Shown here one piece after another: positions 9,304 to 19,829 of a stretch of 64,000 bases of DNA. The position numbers and the translations under genes are program-made. Every line of letters starts with the position of its first letter. The first letter of the stretch is position 1. The notes beneath the pieces were generated by a model. It was not told where the DNA came from. It saw nothing but the letters and a program-made list of their open reading frames with translations, and ran no database searches. The stretch comes from a virus (taxonomy: Duplodnaviria > Caudoviricetes): positions 64,001 through 128,000 of IMG/VR virus record IMGVR_UViG_3300034101_006325; one strand, 5' to 3'.

Positions 9304-12300
9304 TTATAGATGATCATCAGGATTATAACCTGGAATTTCTCTATCCAAGTCTTTTCCTATTACTAACTTAGCACCGAAGCCCCCTAGTCCTGCTATGGGC
9401 TGGTCGCCAACTGAGGCTACTTCACGAGAATATCTATTTGTGCTACTTACTTCTTCTACATGTGACCCAACTTTTTTACTAGGCGGCGGCAATACAGGTC
9501 CTCTTGGAACTCTTGCGTCGACTCCGACAGGATATACTGGTGCTCTATTATGACCCATGCTGTCGAGACCTGGTGTGATATCGTGGATTGGGCTGAAATT
9601 GATGGAGACCTTGCACATTTTAGGTGCCTTTCGATTGGTGTCAGTATCCCATGTCGTGCCGCTCAACCAATCAAAATTGATGGAATCTATAAAACCTGCA
9701 AGACCTTTGCCGCTCATCGTTTTGAAGGATCTAACTATTGCATTGGTTTTGTTTTCTTCTGAAGAAGTTTCAGAAGCAAGGAAATTATTCATTTCATCGT
9801 AATACATTTTTGCTTTGTTGTAGTGAGCAAGGCTTTGTTTTTTAGCAAATTCTGCAGTTAATAATCTTTCAGAGATTACTTCAAGCGAATTTATCAGATC
9901 TTCTTTTTTAAATTTTAATCTAAAATCAAAATTAGAGTATTTGTTTCGATTAGAATTTAGTATTAATTCTGTTAACTGTTGTTCGACAGCTTTATCTGTA
10001 GCCTTATCTGGAGATTTTTCATTTTTCAAAGCATCCGCTTGATATTCAATTAAAATTTTTCTTGCAAGCTTTCTTCTGGCTGCTTCGTCGGTTTCGACAT
10101 TCATGATCATTTCAGCTTCAGTGCTGTTTAATACTTTTTTTATAGCTTTGCGAATTTTTTTTAATTTTTCAACTTCATCAGTATCACTTTTTACTTGATT
10201 AAAAAGATCAATATTGCTGTCATATTTTTGATTATTTAATTTTGCATCATTAGGATCAAAGAGACCAAATATACCTGCAAGGTTGAACTTTGAATAATTG
10301 CTGGCGACGACGTTGCCAATCCTCAACCTGATCATTGGCGCACCCATTGGAGACTGTGTGAATGGTTTTTCGAATCTGTACCCGTCGTTATCAGGATTGA
10401 CGTAGGGTTTTCCCTTCCCAAATTGTGGATAGACCATCGACACCAGCTTGTTGATTTTAAGCCACATGGATTCGAAGTCATGTCTGTCGGTCGAGGCAAT
10501 TATAAAACTAAACGTCAACTTGCGTAAAGTATTTTTGTAGACCTTGACGGGCTCAATTCTGCCGATGCCTTCAGTGGACTCATAATTTGCAGAGTAATCG
10601 TCTGTCAACGTGTTGAGAAAGGCATGAAAGCCCAAGATTTCGTTCGTCCTAAGATCGTGAAAGTAAAAGGGAACATATTCTGAATCAAATTGTCTTTCAA
10701 TCTTTTCTCTCAAGGCAGTCGGAATCCTGTTCTTGCCTTCAGAGATTGCAAATTTAGTTTTTTGCAGCGGGTCGTCGGTGATAAGGCGCCCGGACATCAA
10801 TTTTTCATCAACAGCTGCCAAATTGAACTTAGACTTGGGGATCAAAAATAGGTCGGGAGTCCTATTCGTCGACCATGCCAGCTTTGTGATAGTGTCTTTG
10901 CCGGTGCCCAATCGACTCTTAACGTGAGTCGCGGCGGGATCATTATCGTACATTGCATCTATTGTGGAAATTTTCATGCCAGCGTCGAGATTTGCAACTG
11001 TAACATTCTGTAGATGCACAGTAGAAGTGGGAGATCCTTCGATGGACCCAGCACTAACCTGAGCAGTTGTTGCATCCATTACGAGTCGATCACCGAGTCG
11101 AGCGAAGAGTGCGATTGCTGCAATAAGCCTGGAGTTTCTAATCGTCTCGATGATTTCCACGAGCTGCACGATTGAGCTGATGATGCCGCCCGTTGCGGCT
11201 GCAGCGCCTGCCGAAGGTGCCTTTGTCACGGCACCTGCAATAATTTCGCCGAGCTCCTGGAAAGCCATCGTAATTTTTACAGTCGACCTGACCACTGCTC
11301 GTGCCAATATCGCATAAAATCCTGGATTTTGCAGTGCTGGTGTCGTATTGTTTGAGTTGCCATCACTCAAGGGATTCATCTGGGCAGTCACAGACTCAGC
11401 AACTCCCGGTGTTGCTGTAGTAGGTGTTGCGAGGCCGACAATGTCCTGCGCTCCAAAGAACACTGCCGTGCCTGCGGTCACAGCCTGGGTGAAGTTGCTG
11501 ACAGTGGGTGTGATTCCAAAGAATCTAAGAATTTTCTTGCCGCCCGACTCGTCCACTCCTGGCATGAACATGCTGATAATGTCGTTGGCAGCCATTGATA
11601 TCGGCATGCCGCCCTGATACGAACCTATTCCGTGGCGTCCCTTGTAATATTTTTGATCCACCTTCGCAGGCTTTCCAAAGAACCAGTTCTGCGCTTCCTC
11701 ATCCTGTGCTGCACCTAAAAGTGCAGCTATTCCTGTGATGGCGGCGATTATCACGACGACGAGAGATGCTGACAAGGCGATCATTCCAAATGCCGTGAAG
11801 CCTGAAAACTTCTCGTAGACGCTGTTGACGACGCCCTCGAACGATGAGTTCGGATCGATGTATTGATTCTCAGGCACGGGATTTTTCGTCAAATTCTTCA
11901 GGAGTTCACCGACGTCAAGATCCGTTATCGAACGGGGTATTCCTAGCTGACCAATTCCCGGGAGAAGAGTCCCTGCCTCTGCTGTGGCCGTTGGATCAGC
12001 ACTGCCGCCGTCGACCATGCCTGACAGGTCGCCAGTTGCTCGAAGTTGCAGGAGAGTGCCGAGCTGTGCAAGTCGATCAAAATTAAATGTTCGAGGCGTC
12101 TCAGAATCTGTTCCTGGCGACACGCCAAATTTTAGCCTGTCGGGGGCGACGAAAGTGTCGTAGGGTACGCCTGTGGGTGAAGGTCTATCGAGTCCGGCTG
12201 CTAGTCCCTGGGCAAGGAGGCCAGTCGTTGCAGTATTGCCTCTCAGACCCTGAGAAGTAATGATTGATACTGCTGCCCTGATTGCTTCTGGGTCTTGCAG

Positions 12301-13500
12301 GTTATTTGCATTAAATCGATTCTTCTTCAACACAGCTGATGTGTACTTGTCTACAACATTGTCAGTTCTCTTAACGGTTTTAATGAACTCTTCGCTTTGA
12401 GGAGCTCTAACGGCGACGTTGGGAAGAAGGGTGTGACCGTCCGGTCCTGCGTTGGAAGATTTGCCGCGTCTAATTGCAGAATTTAACTGAACTTCTTTGG
12501 CGACATCAGAGTAGGATGAAGGCAAAACAAATCCAGGCGCAAATTTATAGCTCTGCAGGGTATTTGGGTCCTCAAAGCCCGCCACAAATACCTCTGAACT
12601 CTGATCGTTAGTTGGAGAACGCGGATAGCCTTTTTCATCAACTATGCTGACATCCTTGAACAGAGGATCTGTTTCTCCCTCTATATTTTGATTTGCCGTA
12701 AGCCCTGGATTATACCTGTTGGGTATCGATCCGGGGACGTTGACCTTGCCTTCGATTTGACTCTTGGCATGCGACAGGAATGTTTCCTTCTTTAACTCCC
12801 TCGATGTGGGAGACGAGATGACTTGATCGAACGTTCCCTTGTCCTGTCCTCCAATCCTCACGGCATTTTCGTCGAGGAGTGCTGTGGAATGCAAAGAGTC
12901 TGTGCCGAAAAATTGACCCTTCTCAGCCACAGCCGGATCGTCAAACTTGTTCGTCACGTCGTTGTACAAATTTTTGCTCAACGCCTTGTCTGTATAGCTC
13001 TTGACAGGCTCGTTCAAGCCGATTGCATTCTTTATATAAGGACCGCCTGCTGTGCCGGGGGTCGCTGCATTTGGCAGGAGAGTGTTGCCGTCGTCTCCTT
13101 GACCGCTAGCTATACCTCTTTTGATGCCAGGAGGAGCAGGAGCGCCTATATTCAACTTCTTGAAGAATTTTTCATTGGATGTCTCGCCGAGGGGCATCGG
13201 AGTGCCGTCGGGAGCCGAGAGAGAAATGTTGCTGATGGAAGTCGTCTCACCAGTGCCGACAGGATACACGTTGGGATGGGTCGAGGAGCCGACCTGCGCC
13301 AGCGTAGACTTGCTTAAATACCTTGCGAAAGTCTCCTTGGTGGGCTTTGTGATGTCCTTGACCGAGTTGTCGACATTGATGTTGCCAGGAGACCACGGTC
13401 CTTGGCTGCCGCCCTGAGAATCGGGCAGGCCAACGTCCATAGAATAGACCTTTCCATCGATTTCTATTCCGCCTGTGCCCGTGTCGTTGCTGTTGGCCAT
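9304..13500 (-). CDS. Large baseplate / tail-tube initiator-like protein
   Basis: 1398 aa. C-terminal YVPFYFHDLRTNEILGFHAFLNTLTDDY...GRIEPVKVYKNTLRKLTFSF and GKGLAGFIDSINFDW...KAPKMCKVSINFSPIH resemble tube-initiator folds; located between tape measure and LysM genes. Confidence 0.6.
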   Translation of the reverse strand: MANSNDTGTGGIEIDGKVYSMDVGLPDSQGGSQGPWSPGNINVDNSVKDITKPTKETFARYLSKSTLAQVGSSTHPNVYPVGTGETTSISNISLSAPDGTPMPLGETSNEKFFKKLNIGAPAPPGIKRGIASGQGDDGNTLLPNAATPGTAGGPYIKNAIGLNEPVKSYTDKALSKNLYNDVTNKFDDPAVAEKGQFFGTDSLHSTALLDENAVRIGGQDKGTFDQVISSPTSRELKKETFLSHAKSQIEGKVNVPGSIPNRYNPGLTANQNIEGETDPLFKDVSIVDEKGYPRSPTNDQSSEVFVAGFEDPNTLQSYKFAPGFVLPSSYSDVAKEVQLNSAIRRGKSSNAGPDGHTLLPNVAVRAPQSEEFIKTVKRTDNVVDKYTSAVLKKNRFNANNLQDPEAIRAAVSIITSQGLRGNTATTGLLAQGLAAGLDRPSPTGVPYDTFVAPDRLKFGVSPGTDSETPRTFNFDRLAQLGTLLQLRATGDLSGMVDGGSADPTATAEAGTLLPGIGQLGIPRSITDLDVGELLKNLTKNPVPENQYIDPNSSFEGVVNSVYEKFSGFTAFGMIALSASLVVVIIAAITGIAALLGAAQDEEAQNWFFGKPAKVDQKYYKGRHGIGSYQGGMPISMAANDIISMFMPGVDESGGKKILRFFGITPTVSNFTQAVTAGTAVFFGAQDIVGLATPTTATPGVAESVTAQMNPLSDGNSNNTTPALQNPGFYAILARAVVRSTVKITMAFQELGEIIAGAVTKAPSAGAAAATGGIISSIVQLVEIIETIRNSRLIAAIALFARLGDRLVMDATTAQVSAGSIEGSPTSTVHLQNVTVANLDAGMKISTIDAMYDNDPAATHVKSRLGTGKDTITKLAWSTNRTPDLFLIPKSKFNLAAVDEKLMSGRLITDDPLQKTKFAISEGKNRIPTALREKIERQFDSEYVPFYFHDLRTNEILGFHAFLNTLTDDYSANYESTEGIGRIEPVKVYKNTLRKLTFSFIIASTDRHDFESMWLKINKLVSMVYPQFGKGKPYVNPDNDGYRFEKPFTQSPMGAPMIRLRIGNVVASNYSKFNLAGIFGLFDPNDAKLNNQKYDSNIDLFNQVKSDTDEVEKLKKIRKAIKKVLNSTEAEMIMNVETDEAARRKLARKILIEYQADALKNEKSPDKATDKAVEQQLTELILNSNRNKYSNFDFRLKFKKEDLINSLEVISERLLTAEFAKKQSLAHYNKAKMYYDEMNNFLASETSSEENKTNAIVRSFKTMSGKGLAGFIDSINFDWLSGTTWDTDTNRKAPKMCKVSINFSPIHDITPGLDSMGHNRAPVYPVGVDARVPRGPVLPPPSKKVGSHVEEVSSTNRYSREVASVGDQPIAGLGGFGAKLVIGKDLDREIPGYNPDDHL

Positions 13501-13516
13501 GTTGATTTAAACTTCT

Positions 13517-13741
13517 CTATTTAGATATCTTTTTATCCAAAAGTTCGGCCACCTTTTCTGGATTTTCTTGCACTATTTTCTGGGCGTTGAAAAAACCTTG
13601 CACCAACGTCATATAAAACTCTTCCGTAAAAGTTTTTATCTTCTTCCTCTCGCCTTCGTCCTTGACCTTGGACAATATGGCGCCGTACGCATCGTTTGCA
13701 GCCAGATATTTTTCGAATTTTTCTTTTAAGTCTTTATCCAT
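13517..13741 (-). CDS. Hypothetical protein
   Basis: 74-aa ORF filling the gap in the operon; GGAG SD upstream. Confidence 0.7.
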   Translation of the reverse strand: MDKDLKEKFEKYLAANDAYGAILSKVKDEGERKKIKTFTEEFYMTLVQGFFNAQKIVQENPEKVAELLDKKISK

Positions 13742-13762
13742 CGAATTATCTCCAATTAAACG

Positions 13763-16700
13763 TCAGTAATCGTAGGTCGCATAATCCAAAGGTATAATGT
13801 TGGTCCTCAACCTTGCGCCTTCGCGGTCGGATGCAAGGAGGCCTGTCGCATCTCCACCTGTTGACTTCGGCATTGCATTAATCAGCATGTTGAGGCGCTG
13901 CTTGATGATGGACTTGGGGTTGGTTACTATGATCTTCTCGAGCTCGCCGCCGTCGATTGCGATCCTAAAATTAACATTAATATTGACGTCTTTGGCCTGC
14001 ACCTTGTATGCTGCCTGCGAACCCATTGTTTTGCCGAACTTCGATGTGAATGTTTTGAGCTTTGTGTCGATGTCAAACCTGAGGCCTTTGTCCAACGCAC
14101 TGTTCAATCGGCCGGCGGCCTCAACCATCATCTCGACAGCCTCAACTGCAGGAATTAATCCTTCTGCCATGGTAGCTTTGGCATACAAAGCTTTGTCTGT
14201 TATGTTCTGGAACAGGTCGGCATGCTTGGCAAAAGCATTCATGAACAATTCTATATTTCCAAAGGCGGGCTCGGCCGCGCCGATGTTGCTCAAATCTTGA
14301 CCTGCTAGACTGGTGAGGGCCGCGTTGATGCCTGGTGCATTTGTGCTCAGCGAATTCATGAAATTTTTCGTGGCTTCAATGGTTTCAATCATGTAACCCA
14401 CATTGCTTGCCGATAAAATGCCGCCTACTTTTATTATTCCTTCAAAAATCTCTCCTGATAATTCTGGTGTTGCGAGGCGGACAAACAATTGACCAATTGC
14501 CCTAAATTGTTCGATTATTGTGTTGATGTCATCAACTGCGATGCCTCCGCTCTTATAATCTTTGAGTGCAGTCGCAGCCCACGCAGCCGCTGTAATAACA
14601 TTGAATGCACCAATCGTAACTTCCAGCTTTTTACTTATGTCGCCGATGCCAGCAAACTTCGTCCCAATAACGTCGACGGCCGTCAAGAAAGCCTGAAAAT
14701 CATTCGTTGTTATAAAATCTTTGTTGAGTACATCCAGGACTCTCGCGACCTTTTTGACGCTTTCAATTAAGCTCATTATGGCATCTTGATCAACTGACGC
14801 CATCTGGCGAGGCATGTCAAAAGTCATCGTACCCACCTGCGACATCAATGCGAAGATGTTGCGAAGAGTATTGATATTTAAATCAAATTTACCGCCAGGC
14901 AATTGACTGATAGCAGCAATTGCAGGTCCCAAGCTTTTTATTATCGATGGAAGCACTTCGCCTAGCGATTTTAAGATCTCTGTTACTACGCCACTGATGT
15001 CTTTTATGAATTTAAGTGCAGATTGAGCAGCAGCATCGTCGGGTGTTTTGCCCGACAACGTCGTGTCGATTAGTTTAAAAATAAATTCAAACACTGAGCT
15101 TAAGACGTTCGTGACAGCAGACAGCGCCTGAATCGCAGAAGAATCAACGTAAGTCACAGAAGAAATTATTTTTTTAATCTGATTGCCTGCAACATCGAGG
15201 ATGCCGCCGGGGCGACCTAGCTCTTGTATTACGCCTGTCGTGTAACGATTCATCGCATCAATCACTTTAGGCAATTTCTCAAAGTCGCTCTTGTCTATTT
15301 TCTCAAAAGCTTTGACAAGGCCCGGCGCCGATGCTGCTGTGATGATTGACGCGAGGCCCGACAGCATAGAACCGAATGCGGTGATCACCTGAGGATTTCC
15401 ACTGAAATCTTTTATTTTTGGGTCGTTGATAATGTCGACAATTTCTTTTACAAATTCTTTCAGAATGTCCTTCATTTGCCTGAAGTTTCTGGTTACTTGC
15501 TCGACGATGCTGATAACATATGGTGCACTGTCGGCATCCACACCCTTAAGACTGACGGCGGCGCCCGAGGTGAAGGCCTGAGCCACCTTGGCAGCAGTAT
15601 CGAGCGCCTTGGAAAGAACATCTACGCCTTTGGCAACTTCAGGATTATACCCAACCTTAATTGCCAGATCGACGACCAATTTTATCAAAGTCTCCAATTT
15701 GTTGAACGTGTCCTTTATGATTCCGTTGACAGTCTCGAGAAGTTTCTGTCTTGTGCCGCCGTCGTCGATGTCCTCGAGATTGAGTGCTGTGAACATCCCG
15801 GGAAAGGCTGAAGTCAACTTGGCAATATTACCAAGCATGTTGCTGAGTGCATCGACCTTCTGTTCAGTTCCATCGGGTATTTTCTTTGCTTCATTGACTA
15901 TAATCTCTGCCAAGCCAACCAAGTCTTCAAGAGCCCCTTCGACTGTTTCAATGCCTACTTCGAGCGCAATGTAAGCCGCGCCAAATGTTCCTATCATGAC
16001 AGCGCCAACTGCTATGAATGCAAGAAGTGACATCATGGCAACAATCATCGTTGCGGCTATGAGACCGAGGGCGAATGCAGAATTTTTTATTTCTTCAGGC
16101 GTAAACTTAGCCTTTTTGACTTCGTCGACGAGCAACCTGCCCAGCTCAACAAGTGCGATGATGGTGAGACCTAATGCCACTAAGCCAGCTGCCAAGGCCG
16201 CAAGGCCCGCGCCGCCTGTGAAAATTAAAATGGCGCCGACAGCCATGAGACCAATCATGGCAATAGACGCAACAATGGCGGCGGCGGCGATGGCAGCGAT
16301 TACTGCTGCTCCTATGAGAAGCTTCGCTGGATCTGCGGCACTAACAAGGGCACCAATCAGGAAGCCTATTCCAACGAGAGCGACCATTCCTAAGCCTAAC
16401 GCGAGAAGTCCTGCCGCCAAACCTGCAGGATCCACCTTTATCTTCGAGATAATCCACATTGCTCCGGCGCCGATCACCATAGCACCCATGATTGCCAACA
16501 TCACTGCAGCTCCGGCAAGCACAGTCTGTGGTTCATACTGACTGGCAATTGCAACGATTGCTGCGAATGCCAAAGTTCCTACTGCCATGAACATCGCAAA
16601 GCCTGCAACAAATTTTAAGATTGTAGACCAACTGACCTTTATCTCAAGATTTTTAAGAGCATCACCTGTGCCGCTGCCGATGTCAGGAATAATAGATCTT

Positions 16701-19186
16701 CTGCGGCCGAGGGGAGTCCTCGGCTGCGGTATTGAAGAAGATTTGCCCATTATTCCGCCTAGAGTGCCAGCAAGCTTTTGCAATACTCCGCCTAAGCCGC
16801 CTCCGGCTGCCATCGCTGCGGTCCTTGTTGCTGCCATCGCGATGCCTTGCGACATTATTGTCACCATCGCGCCGGCAAAGGCACCCACCATAGATTGAAT
16901 TAGAGCAGGCCCGAACAATATCGCGGCAATGACAGGATAGTATGGCTCAATTAGGGGCAATGCCTTCGTCATGAACCAATTTCCTAAAGATTCAAACGCC
17001 AATGTCATCAGGTCGCTGAACGCACTAGCAAAGGCAGGCCACGACTCTCTAAAAGCCTCGGATATAGGTGTTATAAATGTCACTGCAGCAGCGCCAATGT
17101 CACCAACACCTGGCACTTGCGTGGGATTTTTAATAAAACTGACAACGTCTCTGAGGAATTGAGTCAATGTCTCCAGCGCCCAGCTCAGTCCCTGTGCTAG
17201 TATCGTGGAAAATGCGATTCCAAATGTCTTCAGCCCTTCGAGAAACTGTCTGCCGCCTGGGGCGCTTTTGTCAAAGAAATTAAAAAATTTATCCTTTAAT
17301 CGCTGCATGAGGGCTGGGAATGATGCCTTGCCGCTCTCAAGATCATGAAAAAATTCGAGTATAATATTGGTGACGCCGTTGGCAAGATTGCTAAAATGCT
17401 TGGGATTAAAAATTGCAGTGAGGCCGTCGACGATCTTCTTCATCCCCGGGAAGGACTCAATAAACAACAATCCAAGCCTCCGGCCTGCCCAATAGACGTT
17501 GATCAGGGACATCTTGATGTTTGCAAGAAGCTCCCTGAAATCCTTTGAGTATTGGATGCCATCCGTGAAACCTTCGAGGAATTTATCGAAAAATCCTCCT
17601 TCCTTGGCTTCCATGGATTTTAAGAATTTATCCATGCCGTCGGCGAGTTTCACCAATGCCTCTTCCTGAGTCATCGTCTTCGCCTCGTTCTCGTCGGCGG
17701 CCTTGCTGACGTCGCTGAGCGAGTTTGCATAATTACTAGTTGAGAATGCTGCGATCTGCGTGGCGTCGTCCCATCCCATCGTCTGTTGTATGAGACCTCT
17801 ATGGACGCGCGTCAATTTTTCTCCTTGAATGCCGACCTTCGCGAGTTCTTTGCGAACCATCTCCATCTGCTGCATTGGAGTCTCTGCGTTCATCATCTCC
17901 ATGGCATCGACGGATGTACCGAACACCTCGTTAAATTTCGATACGTTCTCTGCTGCCTGATCAAACGTCTGGAAATTATCGAGAGAGGCAGTCACCTTAT
18001 CAAGTGAAATTCCTAACCTCTCCGCCTGAACAGCTGCTGCAGCAATTGCCTTGTCCGAGACGTTGCCAAAGGCTCGAGCATCTGACATTGCTTTTGCCAT
18101 TGATTTTGAAATGGTCTTGACGTCGATGTTGAACTGCCTTCCCATCTCTGCAGCCTGCTTTGTGACATTTGATAAAACTCTGGTGAGCGGCAAACCCGAT
18201 GCCACAGCCCTGGTTGCAAGTGCACCTAATTCTTCGTTCGAGAGACCAAGACCTTTCTGCAGACCTAAAATTGCGCCGCCGGCTTCGTCAAACTCTTTTC
18301 CAAATTTTCGAACAGCCGGGCCGCCCTGAGTCATGACCTCAGTCATGAGCTTCGTTCTATCGGCGAGATCGCCGAAAATCGAAAAGGCTCTAAGGCCAGA
18401 ATCTGCAAAACCTGCCATGCTTTTGGCTGTACCTTGGATTGTTGAAGCAATTGGTCCTGCCAAAGAACCGAATTCTTTTCGTATGTTGTTGATCGCCTCC
18501 TGCAGAGGTGTGATCTGATTCATGTACTTGTTCGCCATGTCGATGAGCTTATCGAACATCTTGAACGGAAGAGAAAGAATCGAGAATCCTATGTCAGCAA
18601 TGGTAGAGGCAACTGTGCCGAGGAATCCAAGTATACTGGATCCCATCGCTATGAAATTTTCAAAACCTTTCTTCAGCCCGCTGAGGGCTCCAGTGACTGC
18701 TCCAATTGCGGGTGCAAATACTGTTTTTAAATGCTTTGAAACTCTTTGAATCTTATCGTCAAACTTTTCTGTTCCTTGACGACCTTGATTGATCCGAGTC
18801 GTCAGATCCCTAACAGCATTGGGTTTTACATTGCCAAGGGCCTGCCCTATTCTTCCAACACCTGCTGAAATACCATTCGTGGCGGACGCTGCCTTGCCTC
18901 CTTCGCTGATTATAACGGCAAAAATACCTTGAAAAGCTGAAGAAAGCTGTTGCACTGCGTCAGCGATCAACTTTAGTGTCTCATTTATTTGAGTGAGCTG
19001 CTCGGCTGCAGGTGAGCTCTTCAGTTCTGACATTGCATCCACCATTTTTCTGGTGGACTCTGCCTGGCTTTCAAGAGAACGCTCGAGGGCAGCAGAGGAC
19101 GATGCCATGCTGTCGAACAGACTTTTCAGCTTGGCTGCTATCTCTACTTGATCAGGAGATGGTCCGCTGCCGGTAGGTGGTGCCAT
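13763..19186 (-). CDS. Tail tape measure protein
   Basis: 1807 aa, Ala/Gly-rich and helical with a long hydrophobic segment; downstream of the tube and chaperone genes; AGGAG SD. Confidence 0.85.
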   Translation of the reverse strand: MAPPTGSGPSPDQVEIAAKLKSLFDSMASSSAALERSLESQAESTRKMVDAMSELKSSPAAEQLTQINETLKLIADAVQQLSSAFQGIFAVIISEGGKAASATNGISAGVGRIGQALGNVKPNAVRDLTTRINQGRQGTEKFDDKIQRVSKHLKTVFAPAIGAVTGALSGLKKGFENFIAMGSSILGFLGTVASTIADIGFSILSLPFKMFDKLIDMANKYMNQITPLQEAINNIRKEFGSLAGPIASTIQGTAKSMAGFADSGLRAFSIFGDLADRTKLMTEVMTQGGPAVRKFGKEFDEAGGAILGLQKGLGLSNEELGALATRAVASGLPLTRVLSNVTKQAAEMGRQFNIDVKTISKSMAKAMSDARAFGNVSDKAIAAAAVQAERLGISLDKVTASLDNFQTFDQAAENVSKFNEVFGTSVDAMEMMNAETPMQQMEMVRKELAKVGIQGEKLTRVHRGLIQQTMGWDDATQIAAFSTSNYANSLSDVSKAADENEAKTMTQEEALVKLADGMDKFLKSMEAKEGGFFDKFLEGFTDGIQYSKDFRELLANIKMSLINVYWAGRRLGLLFIESFPGMKKIVDGLTAIFNPKHFSNLANGVTNIILEFFHDLESGKASFPALMQRLKDKFFNFFDKSAPGGRQFLEGLKTFGIAFSTILAQGLSWALETLTQFLRDVVSFIKNPTQVPGVGDIGAAAVTFITPISEAFRESWPAFASAFSDLMTLAFESLGNWFMTKALPLIEPYYPVIAAILFGPALIQSMVGAFAGAMVTIMSQGIAMAATRTAAMAAGGGLGGVLQKLAGTLGGIMGKSSSIPQPRTPLGRRRSIIPDIGSGTGDALKNLEIKVSWSTILKFVAGFAMFMAVGTLAFAAIVAIASQYEPQTVLAGAAVMLAIMGAMVIGAGAMWIISKIKVDPAGLAAGLLALGLGMVALVGIGFLIGALVSAADPAKLLIGAAVIAAIAAAAIVASIAMIGLMAVGAILIFTGGAGLAALAAGLVALGLTIIALVELGRLLVDEVKKAKFTPEEIKNSAFALGLIAATMIVAMMSLLAFIAVGAVMIGTFGAAYIALEVGIETVEGALEDLVGLAEIIVNEAKKIPDGTEQKVDALSNMLGNIAKLTSAFPGMFTALNLEDIDDGGTRQKLLETVNGIIKDTFNKLETLIKLVVDLAIKVGYNPEVAKGVDVLSKALDTAAKVAQAFTSGAAVSLKGVDADSAPYVISIVEQVTRNFRQMKDILKEFVKEIVDIINDPKIKDFSGNPQVITAFGSMLSGLASIITAASAPGLVKAFEKIDKSDFEKLPKVIDAMNRYTTGVIQELGRPGGILDVAGNQIKKIISSVTYVDSSAIQALSAVTNVLSSVFEFIFKLIDTTLSGKTPDDAAAQSALKFIKDISGVVTEILKSLGEVLPSIIKSLGPAIAAISQLPGGKFDLNINTLRNIFALMSQVGTMTFDMPRQMASVDQDAIMSLIESVKKVARVLDVLNKDFITTNDFQAFLTAVDVIGTKFAGIGDISKKLEVTIGAFNVITAAAWAATALKDYKSGGIAVDDINTIIEQFRAIGQLFVRLATPELSGEIFEGIIKVGGILSASNVGYMIETIEATKNFMNSLSTNAPGINAALTSLAGQDLSNIGAAEPAFGNIELFMNAFAKHADLFQNITDKALYAKATMAEGLIPAVEAVEMMVEAAGRLNSALDKGLRFDIDTKLKTFTSKFGKTMGSQAAYKVQAKDVNINVNFRIAIDGGELEKIIVTNPKSIIKQRLNMLINAMPKSTGGDATGLLASDREGARLRTNIIPLDYATYDY

Positions 19187-19205
19187 TGTGAACTCCTAAA
19201 ACAAA

Positions 19206-19490
19206 TCAGAGGGGCCAACTTACATCGAATAATCTCTCAAATTTCTGGGCAGCGACGTGCTTCTCTCCAAGCAGTCGCATGATCTCACTCAGCTGCGAGT
19301 TGCCTCCAACGACAGCATTGTGAAAATTCATTGTAGACGCGTAGGCCTCGGTGAGAGCCTCGATCTGCTCTTTGCTGCCTTTGAGGCTCACGTCGAAATT
19401 CTCACCGACCAACCACGCGCACAATGTCGAATAAAAGTTCCCGTCGTTAAGGTCCACCACAGCGCCAATTTTGCCGTCCATTTTATCCAC
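19206..19490 (-). CDS. Hypothetical protein
   Basis: 94-aa ORF in the tail operon (GTG at 19490 or ATG at 19481); ATAATTA motif at 19524-19530. Confidence 0.65.
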   Translation of the reverse strand: MDKMDGKIGAVVDLNDGNFYSTLCAWLVGENFDVSLKGSKEQIEALTEAYASTMNFHNAVVGGNSQLSEIMRLLGEKHVAAQKFERLFDVSWPL

Positions 19491-19556
19491 GATGCCTCTT
19501 AAAAAATCTTAAAACGTTATCCCTAATTATAGGCACCCAATAAAAAACAACATTTT

Positions 19557-19829
19557 TTAAGTAAAACGTCGTAGCCTTGAAGGCGTCTGAGCGCGAGCCT
19601 TGTTCTGCATTGCCCTGACATCGGGAGAATTCTGGTGCAATGCACGGGATTGCGTCGAGCCTGCATCGTTCGACTGCTTGAGCTCCTTACTTATCCGCTC
19701 AATGAACCAACGCTTGTAAGAAACAGGAAGATTATAAGTCTCCCGCCACAGGAACCCGCCATAATACATCAGTAAAAAGGCGGGCTCCAGTATGACTGCA
19801 GGCTTATCTTCCGGATGAAGGCCAAAGAA
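19557..19829 (-). CDS. Tail assembly chaperone extension (gpT-like), probably reached by +1 frameshift
   Basis: The frame is open from a TGA at ~19851 to the stop at 19557 and reads FFGLHPEDKPAVILEPAFLLMYYGGFLWRETYNLPVSYKRWFIERI. It overlaps the end of the upstream chaperone; the first ATG (19769) has no clear SD. Confidence 0.68.
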   Translation of the reverse strand, partial: FFGLHPEDKPAVILEPAFLLMYYGGFLWRETYNLPVSYKRWFIERISKELKQSNDAGSTQSRALHQNSPDVRAMQNKARAQTPSRLRRFT

